Of a DNA stretch of 64,000 nt, positions 29,001-42,000 are shown piece after piece. Numbering within the stretch: position 1 is the first letter of the stretch; every line of letters begins with the position of its first letter. The stretch lies in contig NW_014577068.1 in NCBI RefSeq assembly GCF_000485595.1, forward strand, positions 1,341,894 to 1,405,893, read 5' to 3'. Origin of the DNA: Priapulus caudatus (lineage: Eukaryota). The translations under genes were made by a program, and so were the position numbers. The notes beneath the pieces were generated by a model. That model searched no databases and was not told the origin of the DNA. It saw only the letters and a list, made by a program, of their open reading frames with translations.

Positions 29001-30470
29001 CTCTGCTCACCGTTCTTTTTTCCGGCTGCATGCTATTTTATAGCACGCCGCGAACCTTTATGTTTGACAATCGGAGGACAGCCGAAGGAGATATTTGCCG
29101 CCATTTTGATTCTCGCGGAACGCTGTGAGGGTTAGTCCTGGTTATGTTAGCTAACCTAGAGCCAAGCGAGAGTGCGCGTATTTGGGTATTACAAATATGT
29201 TTTCCTGCGAAATAGCGTGAATTGTGTGAACATTCGCGGCACTCCTTGTGCCAAATTTTTCGGAAATTCACAAGTTTTTTGATACGGTCTCGAGCTATGG
29301 TACTACTGGTCAACCGTTCACGTTGATTTGCGAATTGAGCGCCGTTTGACGCACATTTTTATTTGCGCGTAAGTCCTCATTCCTGCTGGAGGACGCCGAG
29401 GGCGATTGTATCCATCCGCCATTTTGTACGTCATCTGCCGCCATTTTACTTTTCAGGGGGCATCATGCCAGTTGGGCGATGACGCTACGAGGAGGCTGAC
29501 GAGGTTTCACGGCGAGGTACCATGTTCTAGTCTAGTCGAGTAATTTACCATTTGTTGCAGTTTTCAGAGACCGGCGTTTGAAATCAAATCTTCCGAAATA
29601 TTCTTAGACATTGTTTTTTGGTTTTCTGATTCACAGTATGCACCAGCGCTCAAACACGACAATGGCGGTGTTACATGTGCCTATTGGCAGTCATGAAGGA
29701 CTTGCCAAGTCTCGTCACTATTAGATTTTTCTGCGCGGAGTTGAATCGGACTAGAATAATTTCTTCTAAATATGTAGCATGCAGTGAATGATGTCAGAAC
29801 TTAAAGATGAAGTGGGGTTCCGTCATATTATTCACTTTCCAAAATTTTGCTTTACCAGCGGCAGTGTTTCCCACGATTTCTTTGATTCTGCTACGTAGCG
29901 TAATATTGGTTAAGCATGTAGATGCGTGGCCGCAGTGGACTGGGAAAGACCTGTCTGTTACCACCAAGTCGCTCTTCAACTGGCCATGGGGGTCTGTGTG
30001 CAGCAAGGTTTCTTTTTGGGCTGTTCTTTAAAATTCCTCATTGGAGGAACACGGTGGCAGCGGTCCTGATCAGGTGATAGGAAATCGCTAAGACCATGTT
30101 TGCCGTTGTTGTCTCCGCCTGGTTGAGGAAGTGCGAGGTTTGTCTCGCATTATCAGCTGCATTAGTTAGCGATTGCAATGGGTAGAGGCGCTGGTTGCGT
30201 TCCTCGCTCATTGGATGCGGTTGTGCGCATTGCGCAAACGTCATGGCACCGTGCGCATACGAAACCTGCGAATCTCCGCTCTCACTTTGCCAGCTCTTCC
30301 AACTTAGACTAGAAGCGAAAATTCACGCAGAAATGTGTAAAGTCGGCTTCTGTTTTTCGCAGGTGACAACGGCAGATTGGGCTTCCACTGTGAGGCATTG
30401 GTGGAACTATCAAGGACATCGGCAGAAGTGGCCGACAGCGCGCTGCTGACACATGCAATGTCACTAGGTA
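26050..30470. promoter_or_regulatory. CpG-rich promoter-like island with clustered YY1-type motifs, CRE and CCAAT boxes
   Basis: Visibly CpG-rich. AA(A/G)ATGGCG-type or CGCCATTTT motifs at 26206, 27608, 28409, 28544, 29097, 29416 and 29437; CGCTGACGTCAGCG palindrome 27676-27689; ATTGG 27697 and 27721; donor-like AGG|GTAAGC at 28134/28135. Confidence 0.6.
30363..30467 (+). other. Candidate 105-nt exon
   Basis: Acceptor TTCTGTTTTTCGCAG|G; donor TAG|GTAGGC; one open frame (phase 1-1) ending ...HAMSL. Confidence 0.35.
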
Positions 30471-33400
30471 GGCCCTCACTTCTGCATTCAGTTTCCTCAA
30501 TAGTTATTTGAGTATGTGTTTAGTGATTTATATATCATGTTGTTGTGTATGCCTTTGAGATTTTAGAAGGTTATGTAGGATGTCTCTCGTGCTCTGTGGT
30601 AACTGTAGTTATAATCTGTCCAAATTATCCGTATGGGTTTTAGATGTAAACATTTAGATGATGCATTTTACAGCGATGTCGCATGTTAGTCCAGAAATGA
30701 GAGGTGCACGAGCATAGGTTGTCTCGGGGATAGCAATGAGAAGTAGATGGAAGCTATAAATGGCAGTTGCAGTTAGTTAAACTTTTAGGCAATTGCAACT
30801 TATAATTTCACTGGCACCTTGGCTTGATGCAACCTGATCGGTGTTGTAGCGGTTAGAAGACATTTGTTGTCGATGAACACAGTTCCATTTAATAGAATCA
30901 GTTAACTGTTTAGACAAGCAACATCATCTACGTAAAATTGTACCTACGTAACTTTCACAGTAAATGTTTGCACCTTTGGCAATAATAAAGTGTAGCTCAA
31001 GTCACCAAGCCCAATAGCAAGATTCTGAAATGCAACAGCAAAATTTGACTCTGTGGCAGATAGAATGTCTTGATATCGTGCGTGTTTGTTTGAATTGTAA
31101 AATATTTGCTGTAACTTGGCAGACCATATTTTTATAACCGTTAGGTAAAAATGATTTGTGCGATCAGAAAATGTACTCTGTGTGAGGTTTAGATGATGGC
31201 ATATTAATATAGTCTATTATTTGTGGCGAGAAGATACAATGCATTCCAAAACTGATGTCTCCAGCAAGCTCCCCAAGATCTTTCAGATTAGTAAATTGCA
31301 ACGTTCCTCCTAGTATCGGAACATGATTGTGTGGACGGGAATTTTTGTGAATTTTGGCCCCATTTGATGGCATATTCAAGCAAGCCACTGAGATTGTCCA
31401 TTTTGTTTCGCACAACCATTTAGGTATATTCAATGTTCACTTGTCGTTGTCATGTCATCAATTTAAACACAGTATCCCTCAAAGCCAATAAAGGCACCAA
31501 AATGAAAAATTGCATGATGGCATTAGAATACTTTTATGTCTATATGTATATATATACGTTAGTAAAATTCCATTTCGGTATACACCGGACCAACTGTGAC
31601 ATTCACAACATAAAATATGTCTGCATGAAGCCATTATGACGAAAGGTGGCGGCACCTAGTGGAAGAGACGTGATCCACAAACAATGGTTCCTCAACAAAA
31701 AATAATGCAGCTTGCTTTTGGAATTGCGTATCAACGGTACTGAATTGCTACTGTCAAAGGTTCAGTGGAGATGGGGCTGAAAGCCCGGGTATGTAGCACA
31801 CAGGTAATGTCCAGCAAATCACTTGGCACTTAGTGCCCAGCCCAGAGAGCCACGTGCTGAATGGCTACGCCACAGCATCAAACAATACAGCTGCACTGCA
31901 GTCCGTCGGTGAAATCCACCATAATACAAGTCAGGTATCGTGCCATTACGTTGCTGCGAGGTTGCTGCCATCGCTCCCTGTAGATATTATTATCAAATTT
32001 TTGCACTCACAGAAGGAAATCTTCGTTTGTGCCTGCGCATGTTTGAAAAATCTTTACCGAAATTCAGAGTAATTTCAGGAGATGAAATTTTGATATATAA
32101 CTGCCACGGAGCAATAGTGAATGCAGCCTTTCTCGGTATCCTGCTCCTCGAGTGAGCCCTCGTTAATTTCCTGGGTATTGTGAAAAGGTACACATGGGAT
32201 GTCCATCCAGAATTGGTTTAAAGTTGGTTCGTTATATTTAATATTCAAATTTCGTACCGGCTGCTCTTCTTTGTTCAACACATACATGTGCAAGTCTGAA
32301 GTTTCAATGCGAGTGCTGTATGACTGACTGACTGACTGACTGACTGACTAAGCTTTGCAACAGCAAAATTGTCATTTTTATGTCTGTACCTGCCACGTTT
32401 GTTTTAATAGCTATGTTGTCAGCTGGAATATATATCTTATCGTTAGCAAGACGTGTTGTTAGTTTAGTGATAATTCGTCGGTTGGTATTTACTAAACGTT
32501 TTTAATTGTGCTGCTGAAGTGAATAACAGCACGTGAAATATTCTCAAATAACGTATCCGTCTACAACGGTGTTATTTGTCAAGGTTTTCGAGCCAATAGC
32601 TCATGCACGTAGGCAAGAGATAAGATTTCCAGGTATAAAATATTAGTCTAGTCTGGCCAAACCAGACAGTTCAAATTATAGTAGTGCGCTATATGTGCTT
32701 AAAAGCGTGTTTCATGCGCATTGAAATGATAACAGCATGTTTATTTGCGATATGTCATTTCCCTCTATAAATAAGGTCCAAAATAGATAGTAATTTACAT
32801 GTATAGTCATTGCAGTTGATGCAGATATATAATTAGTTAGTAGTTATTACAAAATGTTCCCTGAATTGTGTGCAGCCGTTAACGTGCCATGTTGAGTCCT
32901 TGTGGCGTATATGCGTTCATGCACAAAAGCAACTGCAGCTGAATTTACAGCGAAACTAAAATATAATTTTATGCAAGAAATGCATGCGTGCATGTAGGAG
33001 TGGCGCATTTCAAATAATGCAAAGACGACATTCCAGTGTGACACTGTAACTCTTTCACAGACTAAACATTTTGCCTATTTCTCTTGTGCTGAAGAGACAA
33101 CATTTGGCTCTACAGCATATCACTTAGTCATGCTTTACTGTGCATTCCCCCTAGCTTGTCTAGCAAACTAGTTTGTGTTTTATAAAAATTATTTGGCGCC
33201 ATTTATAAGAAGCGAAGCAAGGTCGTGGGCAGTTTCGTAGATTTTAACAGCGGCAATACGTGATGCGCCACACCTTGCTGGTAGCTAGCGCCCTCTGTGA
33301 GTTGTTTCGCTCAATAGTAGTGTACTTCGAAGAGAATCGAATGGCTTCAGTTGTAAGAGTTGATGTTTATTTGATGCATCTGCTACACTTGCAAATATAT

Positions 33401-33535
33401 TATGATTCAGATTAATTAAACTGGTAATAGAATAACAGAAAAACATTGGAAGCCAGCATACCCATAAATATATCTTAGGCATTCTAGTAGTGAAGTAGTA
33501 GCTGCTGTGCGTCGCTCTATAAGTATTAGTATTTG

Positions 33536-33562
33536 TAGTAGTAGTAGTCGTAGTGTTAGTTA

Positions 33563-33612
<50 letters not shown>

Positions 33613-33822
33613 ATAGTAGCAGCAGTAGTAGTGTTATAGTGTTAGTTGTAGTAGTAGTAGTGGTAGTGTTAGTTGTAGTAGTAGCAGCAGTAGTAGTGTT
33701 AGTGTTAGTTGTAGTAGTAGTAGTGGTAGTGTTAGTTGTAGTAGTAGCAGCAGTAGTAGTGTTAGTGTTAGTTGTAGTAGTAGTAGTGGTAGTGTTAGTT
33801 GTAGTAGTAGTAGCAGTAGTAG
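33536..33822. repeat. (GTA)n microsatellite with a 63-bp higher-order repeat
   Basis: identical interrupted pattern starting at 33641, 33704 and 33767. Confidence 0.9.
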
Positions 33823-34630
33823 CTATAAATATACACGTGAACTTGCATCATTATTGCACTATTTAACCATTGGTATGCACGTGTGTGTGCGTGCGTGCGT
33901 GCGTATGCGCGTGTTTGTTGACCAGCGTGTATATTATATATGACAAAACATTTTGTGATATACTTAATGTGGTGTAATAATATTAATAGTATTAAAAGCA
34001 AATTTATGTAGATGCTGGTTTGAGCATTAGATGAATTATTTTGTGTAAAATCCTTCCACCTGTATGGTCAGGTAAAGCGACGTGTATTGTAATGCTAGCT
34101 AAAGGGCATGTCAGATCTGACTGAAGCTTTAAACAGAAAGTCAGACTATGACTCTTCACTTCTTTTTACCAGAACGTTTGGCACATGTATTTACCAGTTT
34201 AACCAACTGTTTAATCGTAGACCAGATGACATGTTAGAGAAATGAAGATCGTTAGACGTGTTCATGTCTTCACGTGATGAAATGAGAACGTGCTGAAATA
34301 TTTCCGACAGGCGTAGGTTTGCGATTTTCCGGTCTGAGATTCTGCGAGTCTGGTCTGGCCGTAGCTGCATGCACTGCAACGCGCGTTGTAAGGGAAGTCG
34401 TGTCTAAATAGCATTTTCAGTCATAGCGAGTATGTGCACTGGAAAACGGTGCGTGCGTAAGCGTGTATACACATGATTGTCATGTTCGTTGTGCGTTGTT
34501 TGTCTTTCCTGTTGTATATCACCTAAAACTGCGCCGATAGTTGATGCTATTTTGGTGTGTGGATTATTGGGAAAAAGGGACGAATGTCCAATTGAGCCAT
34601 ATTAAAAGCTATGGTGCTGAGATGCACACA

Positions 34631-34718
34631 TTTTTAGCTCATCTTGACATCGTCAAGCTGAGCTATTGCCATGGGTCGTCGTCCGTCGTCCGTCTGTCCG
34701 TTCTTCCGTCCGTCAACA
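34631..34718 (+). mobile_element. 5' end of a Helentron/HINE-like non-autonomous element (truncated)
   Basis: TTTTT + AGCTCATCTTGAC-ATC-GTCAAGCTGAGCT hairpin + (GTCC/GTC)n tract; no matching 3' end seen. Confidence 0.65.
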
Positions 34719-36279
34719 TAACAAACAGTCTGTGGTGTCACACTCGTCTGGTTCGTTTTACAAGATTTCATTGACAATATCTTTAATACAAAATTGGTAT
34801 TTCCGCTTCACCCTGCCGATGAAACGTCTATATTAGAGTAAAGTTTTGCAAAACATGCCGGAACGCAGCATAACCTATTTATTTCGAACGCCATCGCAAA
34901 GAAACATCAAGCGGGTATAGCGCCATCTACCGTCACAAATTGTGATTCATTTTGGTTTATAAATTATTATTGCGATATACAGATGGCAACCGTGTGCTAC
35001 CGCCTAGAAAAACTCATACGAAGTAAACACTTCCAAGTTCCATGCAACCAATTAACCTTTGACAAAAGTTGTGTTATGGGCAGGGAAACACCATTGTCAC
35101 GCGGTATATAGCAGCTACGTGGAATAAGCGTATCCTCTCAATCTTACACGTTACACAACGGGAGCTCCACTTTTAGGCAGTGCCTAAATCTGAATATTAT
35201 AAAACCGTTACATGGCGATCATTTAGGTGTAACGCCATCACTCGCCCACATCTCAGACTTTCACATCGCAAACATTTATTTTCACATAAAAAAATTACAC
35301 ATAAATATCAAGAGTATATAATGGGAGTTCTCCCATATATATACTCTTCGTTTCTATAATGTACGTCGATGGTTGCTCAATTAAAACTGACTTCTTCTCA
35401 CTCACTCATTTGTGTCCTTTTTGTGGTGAGCTACAGTGTCATTGACACTTTCATTTAATTAATTCCTGAGCTGTATTATTTTGCATTAGATAACTCCCAG
35501 TGTGGTCTGAGATATGAACTGCATAATTCCAACCTGTAGCTCTTACGGTGTCAATAGGACCAACATGGTGAAATTGTTTTTTGTTCTGTAAGTCTATCAA
35601 ACATTGATTCTGTGTTAGTGCAAGTTCCACTGTTATCCAAGTGGTGAGGACATGTGATTGCATGGCAGGTAGCTAACATGAAAATGTTAGACAGTGTTTC
35701 GTTGCTACTACTATTTGCAATGGTTACTATAAAAGTGCACCTAATAGTTGCACCATATATGTCACTGGACATGTTGCATATGACCATGTCATGGTATGCC
35801 TGCTCTCATTCAAAACTTGTTCGTCAACACCATTAATTTGTAATGATTTCAAAAGGAAATTAGTGAGAAAACAGCTGACCTGGTCACAAGAAGTTTTATG
35901 ATCAGGTGATTTTCAACGTGTATGTGAGGCATGCTTGTGGAAATCTTAAATAGGCACTGATCGGAGTTGGCAGTACAATCAGTCACAATTGAAGCATGGT
36001 CAGCAAGAGTGCTCGTCTCTGTTTATAATTGCATTGATCTTTTGCTATATGTGGAAATTATAAAGACCAAGGCATTCTTTATTATATAACTGCAGAATGC
36101 TGGGAAATAGTCTCGCTCTAGTTCAGTCATAATCATCATCTGACATCAAATGTCCACTTCACCTGTCAATTTGTGCAATAAAATCTAACTGCGCTGTTCC
36201 CATGTACACCGTGCTAAGAATCTTTGGGTGTCAGAGATGCTTTAGCACTCGTCAGTGCTTCAAGGGATGAGAGAGATGA

Positions 36280-36620
36280 GCACGCGCGATGCAGGCGGTT
36301 TCTCGCGCGGGCGTTGGAAGAATTCAGAAAATGGCGACAGCGCTGCACATAGCACGCGCCCACGCAGCACAAGATGGCGATAAGGCGACAGACAGGCGCG
36401 TGCGCGTCATCCCTGCATCACGATCAGCGTGTGATATCAAACATGCTCTCGCGTCCCGCGCTCGCTCGCTCCATCATAATTGTTTTTATTACACGTTTCA
36501 AGAACTGGTTCCTTCTCGAAATGGAAACTTTTGCTCGATGCATGTTTGATTTGGGAAACCGTAAGCGCGCAAGCCGCCAACCCGGCAGGTAGGGGGGCCA
36601 CTGCCAGACAGATTATGGGG
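36280..36620. promoter_or_regulatory. Small CpG-rich element with two YY1-type motifs
   Basis: AAAATGGCG 36328-36336, AAGATGGCG 36371-36379; many CGCG. Confidence 0.4.
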
Positions 36621-38164
36621 TTTTACGTCGGTCAGGGCCGTACGTCTGACCTCACGCAATACTCGGTGATGGCAAAATTAAACCCCTTATGAAATGTCTG
36701 TGAGATAGCAGTCTGGTTTTGTAAGGTTGGAGGGGGGGGGGTGTTCTGGTGGGGGGAAGTAGAACGTGCGTGTGTGTGCATGCGTTCGATCATACATGTA
36801 GGCGTACATGTGCGTACGTGTCTGCTCATTGTAAGTGTATGACGCAACTAAAGTGAGATGGTTAGGCCCTCTCCTACCTGTCTAGCAACAAAGGGTGGTC
36901 GGCCAACTATCGCCTTCTGTACTAATGTCAATATGCTGTGAGTGAAACGTTTCGTGCAGAGACAGTGCAGGCATATCATTGTCAGGTTTGCTAAGTTGTA
37001 ATAGTTAGCCTAGCTCTAATGGTTCCGTCTAAGACTCTAAGTGCTATTAAATTTATCAGCTTTCATAATCTAAACTGATATCACAGGCTGGTATACGCTC
37101 GCTTTGAAGCTCCCTTAAAATTTTGTCTGGACGAGAATATCAGAGGTACCCCAGTGCATCTTTTTTGTTGTTAGAGTGCCATTATGAGCATGGTTTGGTT
37201 TCAAGCTCTGCTGTTTAAATTCCAGATTGCACAAGTTTGTTCTTGACGAGAACAAATAAAAGTAGCTCAAATACCTATACACCACCCTCCAAGTCCTTTC
37301 ATTTAAAGGTTGTCACGTTTGTTTCAACCAGCTCTTTCGACATTTTACACAGTCGATTTACTGCTTGTTTTACAAGTAGGGCCTGGTTCGCCAAAGAAAG
37401 GCAAAAACGTCCAAAACTGTCCTAAAATTAACACACTTTAAATATACTTGCTGACTATTTCTGCTAATTTCATACAGGTTGCTTGGCCTATTGCATAAGC
37501 TTTTTATTTTTGTGAAATGGTAGAGGAGTGCAGCAAGTGTCCAGTGCTTCCATTCAGTGAAAGGAGAGCTTGTAAGTAGCTGTTAAAATTATTTTTCATT
37601 AAAACCAGTTTTAGTTATGCTACAAAGCAACTTTTGATGTTTAGTAGTAATTAGATGTTAATAAATACGTGATTTGAAATGATACGTTTGATACGTGGCA
37701 ATCACTGTTCAGATATTTGAGTGGGTGGCACCAATTTTCACAGAAAGAGGTTGCTGGAATTCCTTGAAACACTTTCACATAATGAATTCTAAGCATCATG
37801 TGAAGCGGTGTCAATCGAGTTGGCACCAATAGTGTAACCAGTGTATTATGTTGAAGACCATTTTGCATGCAATCTGGTTGGTGGCACAAATCTAAAAATT
37901 TTAAGCTGTGGTAAAACAATATGATAAATCGGATGCCTTGCCGGCTCAAAGGCGCCACCTTTCGGGAGAAATCTACCATTGCTAGTGCTCTCGTGGTAAT
38001 GACGATGTTTATTTAAATGTAAATTTTTACTTTTTATAAGCTTCTTGTATGAAACGAGGAAATGAAATTCAAGTGTCTTTCAGAATTGCCACCAAAGGCA
38101 GCACTTGCAATGGGATCGTGTAAAAAAAATGCCAGCACATTTTAAATGCATCTTTTTATTTAGT

Positions 38165-38690
38165 GCTTATGCAGTCAGGGTGCTAGTGAGAAATAGTGCA
38201 GGCAGGGTTCTAGTGAGAGATCGTGCAGTCAGGGTTCTAATGAGATAACATGAAGTCATGCTTGTACGCGAGGTAATGCAGTCACGATCCTAACGGGGGT
38301 TTAGCTGTATTGGTTCTACGAGAGGTTATCCAGTCATGTTTCTAGTAGAAGACTGTGCAGTAATGTTTTTAGTGAGAAAATTGTGCAGTCAGGTTTCTAA
38401 TAAGAGATTCTGCAGTCATGGTTCCACAAGAGATTACCACAGTCAAGGATCTAGTGGGAGGTTGTACAACCAGGGATATGCAGTTTTGGTTCCACAAGAG
38501 ATGCAGCCATGTTTCTAAGTAGCTGCTGTGCTATAATGTATGCACGGAAGTTCATCTAGTCATTGTTCTGGTGAGAGATTGTGCAGTTTTTACTCTAAAA
38601 TACTAGTGCATGTACCGTGTTCCTAGTGAGGGGGGGGGGGTTGTGCTATAAATGGTTCCAGGAGAGGTTATCCATGCAGTCACGAATCAA
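38165..38690. repeat. Degenerate ~28-30 bp minisatellite
   Basis: recurring unit like GTGCAGTCAGGGTTCTAGTGAGAGAT. Confidence 0.85.
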
Positions 38691-38845
38691 TAGTGGGAAT
38701 GATTTGGTACGGGTAGGTCTATATAGGTATTATTATTGGTGCAAGAATTGGTTCAAGGATAGAGATGATCATGATGTCCAGGATGGTGATAGGATAGGAT
38801 GTTTATTACTGGACATGCTCTCTATCCTTGAGCCCAAGAATTTAC

Positions 38846-39048
38846 GCTGATAGGGTCTATATCTCCCTGGGTACTACCGGACACTGCCTGCTGTTGTCAA
38901 TAACAACAATCAATAATATCAACAATCAACATTCAACAAACAATAATGTCAGCAACAATAACAGCAGTCAGTAGCAGCAACAACAACAGTAGCCGCAGTG
39001 TCTGGCAGTACCCAGGGCCAGGGAGACATAGTCATAGACCTTATGAGC
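38846..39048. mobile_element. MULE-like MITE of the same TIR family with a different (CAA/CAG-rich) interior, copy 2
   Basis: Ends GCTGATAGGGTCTATATCTCCCTGGGTAC / CATAGACCTTATGAGC; perfect 9-bp TSD AGAATTTAC. Confidence 0.85.
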
Positions 39049-42000
39049 AGAATTTACAGGTATACTGCAATTTCCCCCGTGCTATTAATAAATTTGCTTT
39101 TCTTGATATGGAATTTCCTAATCAATAGGCCAGGCCTACTGCCTGGAAAACTGTGATATGCGAAATGTGTTGCATAACTAGTTGGTCAACATAGTTACAT
39201 AGCTTACAAACGTGATTCACTGATTGATTGTGGTCAGTGGATTCTCTCAGAATCTTAATGACAATGAGTGAATGACTCATGAAACTGAAAGCGAAACATT
39301 CAATAGCGGCAATAGGCGCTAAATCTCTAATAAATGTAATAATTCAACGCTTATAAAGCACACACACCTGAATGTCAGATCTTGCTTTTTATAGAGTAGA
39401 TAGTGGAGTCTATCAGTTACTCAACTTACCACGCTAAGCTTAGCTTTAGCCTTAGCCTTAGGTCCGGGCAGATTTTTCGCATTGCATAGTAGTAAGATGC
39501 AGGCGCGCCATTTTAAAATGGCGGGCACCACCGTCTAGTAACATACTAACAACCACTGATATTTATTACCCGTAATGCTTTGCGCTGATAGGGGCATTTC
39601 TGCGCGCATACCCGTGGTCCACTTTATCAGACCAGTCTCGGAATATATCGTCATAAACAATCCTAGAATCATCCGAGAATCATTGATTCCGATATCATAG
39701 ATGATAACCCCACCGCGTGAAGTGTCCCCCTTAGAGCCAGCACAGCGTAGACTGTCCAAATAAGCTAGTTAATTTTTCAGTACCTACCATTGATATATGC
39801 TAGTAATATCTAATATTAATAATTTGCATTGCTGGTTTGCATTGCTGGTTATATTTATATTAATTATTAATTTTATATTACGCTTTATCATCCTAACTAC
39901 ACAAGTAGTCAACGATATAAATTTGATTACTCTGCATTCTATTCCTTTATTTCTGATCTTAACAAAAGCCCGAGATTGCTAGCCTATCTTTATAGATATA
40001 TCCAAGAGTTATGTATTCTGATAATATGATAAATCTCCAAGGTTCGTCTAGTACTGTTTTGGTCATTCGTCACACTACAGAAATTTCACATTTCTGCTTA
40101 TGTGGAATAGTCCCTCCCGTCATAATAAGTACCTGTGGTTGTTACATAGTGCCCACCGTTTAAAAAATTCCCTAGGGTTGTGTTAATTATGTTGTTGTTG
40201 TTGTTGTTAATTGTGTTGGTATTAAGCGCAATGTTATACTTGTTATTCATTCATATATATGGATATTTCCCATTTCGTTTCATCGGTATATGGATAATTC
40301 CAAATTTGTTACCAGTGCAATAAAAATTAGGTGTTAAATAGTTATGATATGAACTACTCTGAATGTGTAGTATAGTGTAGTTTATGTACCGTTTGCCCGT
40401 TTGAAATGTCAAATAGAGCTAATGCTATAATATTGTATTGTGTTAAAAAATGTTGCATTATCGCATCTCCTGTTAGGAGGAAATACTGTACTAAATTCTT
40501 TACCGTTAACAGCATTAACTAGCCGTGTATCCAGCCGTAGTGTGTAAGTTTTAACATGAATCTCTCTGGGGAGATCTAAGCTATAGGACCACCTGAATAC
40601 ATGTCTGTGATGGAAAGCCAGTGGATAGATGCGTGTTATATAGTCTTTTCTCAGTCGTTCAACAGTAGAATTTTTGCGGAATTAGGAATCGGTGGTGGTA
40701 ACACGACAATAGACACATTTGAATATCGTGTGCTTTCGACGAATGTGCTTGTACATCAATTATCATGACTCGGTGATTCGTTTTAATGAACTACACAACA
40801 TTTAAGTTTTGTTATTACTAATTAGAGCTAAAAAATTTCGGCTGTTGATTACATTTTCAGATATTTGTATATATTACTTTATTAAGCAGTAGGTGGCACC
40901 AGTGGTTTACAGATGTAGGGTTCACGGGCGCACAAGCGCTTACAAAGCCCTACCATAGCCCTACCATAATCGATCGAACTTTACCCAAATCAGTGCTGCC
41001 GTTAAATGTATGGATATAATATGGTGGCTTATGTAGGCCTACCTTAAGGTTATTTCGTTAAAGTAATTTTAAACAATTGGCCGTGTTAGTATCTATTGTA
41101 TACATGTGTAAGCATGATGAACATGTGCTAACCCTGTGTGTATGGTACTTTTATTCACTATAGCGTTCACTGGCGAAGCTAGCGATGTGAATACTTGAAC
41201 TGAGCCTCATCCAGTCGAACTAATGTAATAGGTTTTGTTCGTTGTGCTATATTGAGATATTTCGTGCATGTTATGTGCGTTCAATAATTGGCAATTAATT
41301 ACTGAATTGAATGTTATTCGTGGTAGTTAAGTCCAAATAGTGGTGTTTTTCAGACTACTTATCCTAGCTGCCAGATTACCTAACTAGTATGCTATTATTT
41401 TCCTTTAAACATGGTGTTTGATATTCTTGTATTTTAAACTGAGTGAAAAACCATCAACTTTTAACTGAGACCATTTGTTCTAATGAATCTTCACATTCCT
41501 GTCGCGCAGTACTATTTGAATCTTATTAAATATCTAATTCGATTAAAATTCGCATTAGTAACTCAAATGCGGTTGCCAATGAGTGATACTGCAGTTACAT
41601 GGGACGTGAGGGTGGGAAGTGAGAGAAACTTGTTGACTTACTGGCACTGCTAATCGTGTTGAGAGACAGCTCTGCTGTGATAGATCATATGTCGTCAGTG
41701 ACGGGCAGATAGTCCACCGCGTACTATACAGACAATCTTTATCATACGTCGGGGTTGAGTCCCTCAAAATCGTATCTTATTGCGACAGAGGACGCAATAG
41801 GTAGAATACTATTTCTACCGAATAATACGGTTAACTAAATGAGATACCTTAATCTGCACATGGCAAGCACCAACTGACCATGCATGCATGTACTTAAAAC
41901 ACTTAGTAAAGGTGTCGTACATAGAAAACAAGCAGAAGAACTAAATAAGACACAAGCGTTTGACAATGTTTTTTTTGGCATACATGCATTAAGCACCTGT

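Noticed and set aside
38165..38690. ~29-bp periodic repeat as a CRISPR array
   Set aside because: Units are contiguous with no unique spacers; it is a minisatellite.
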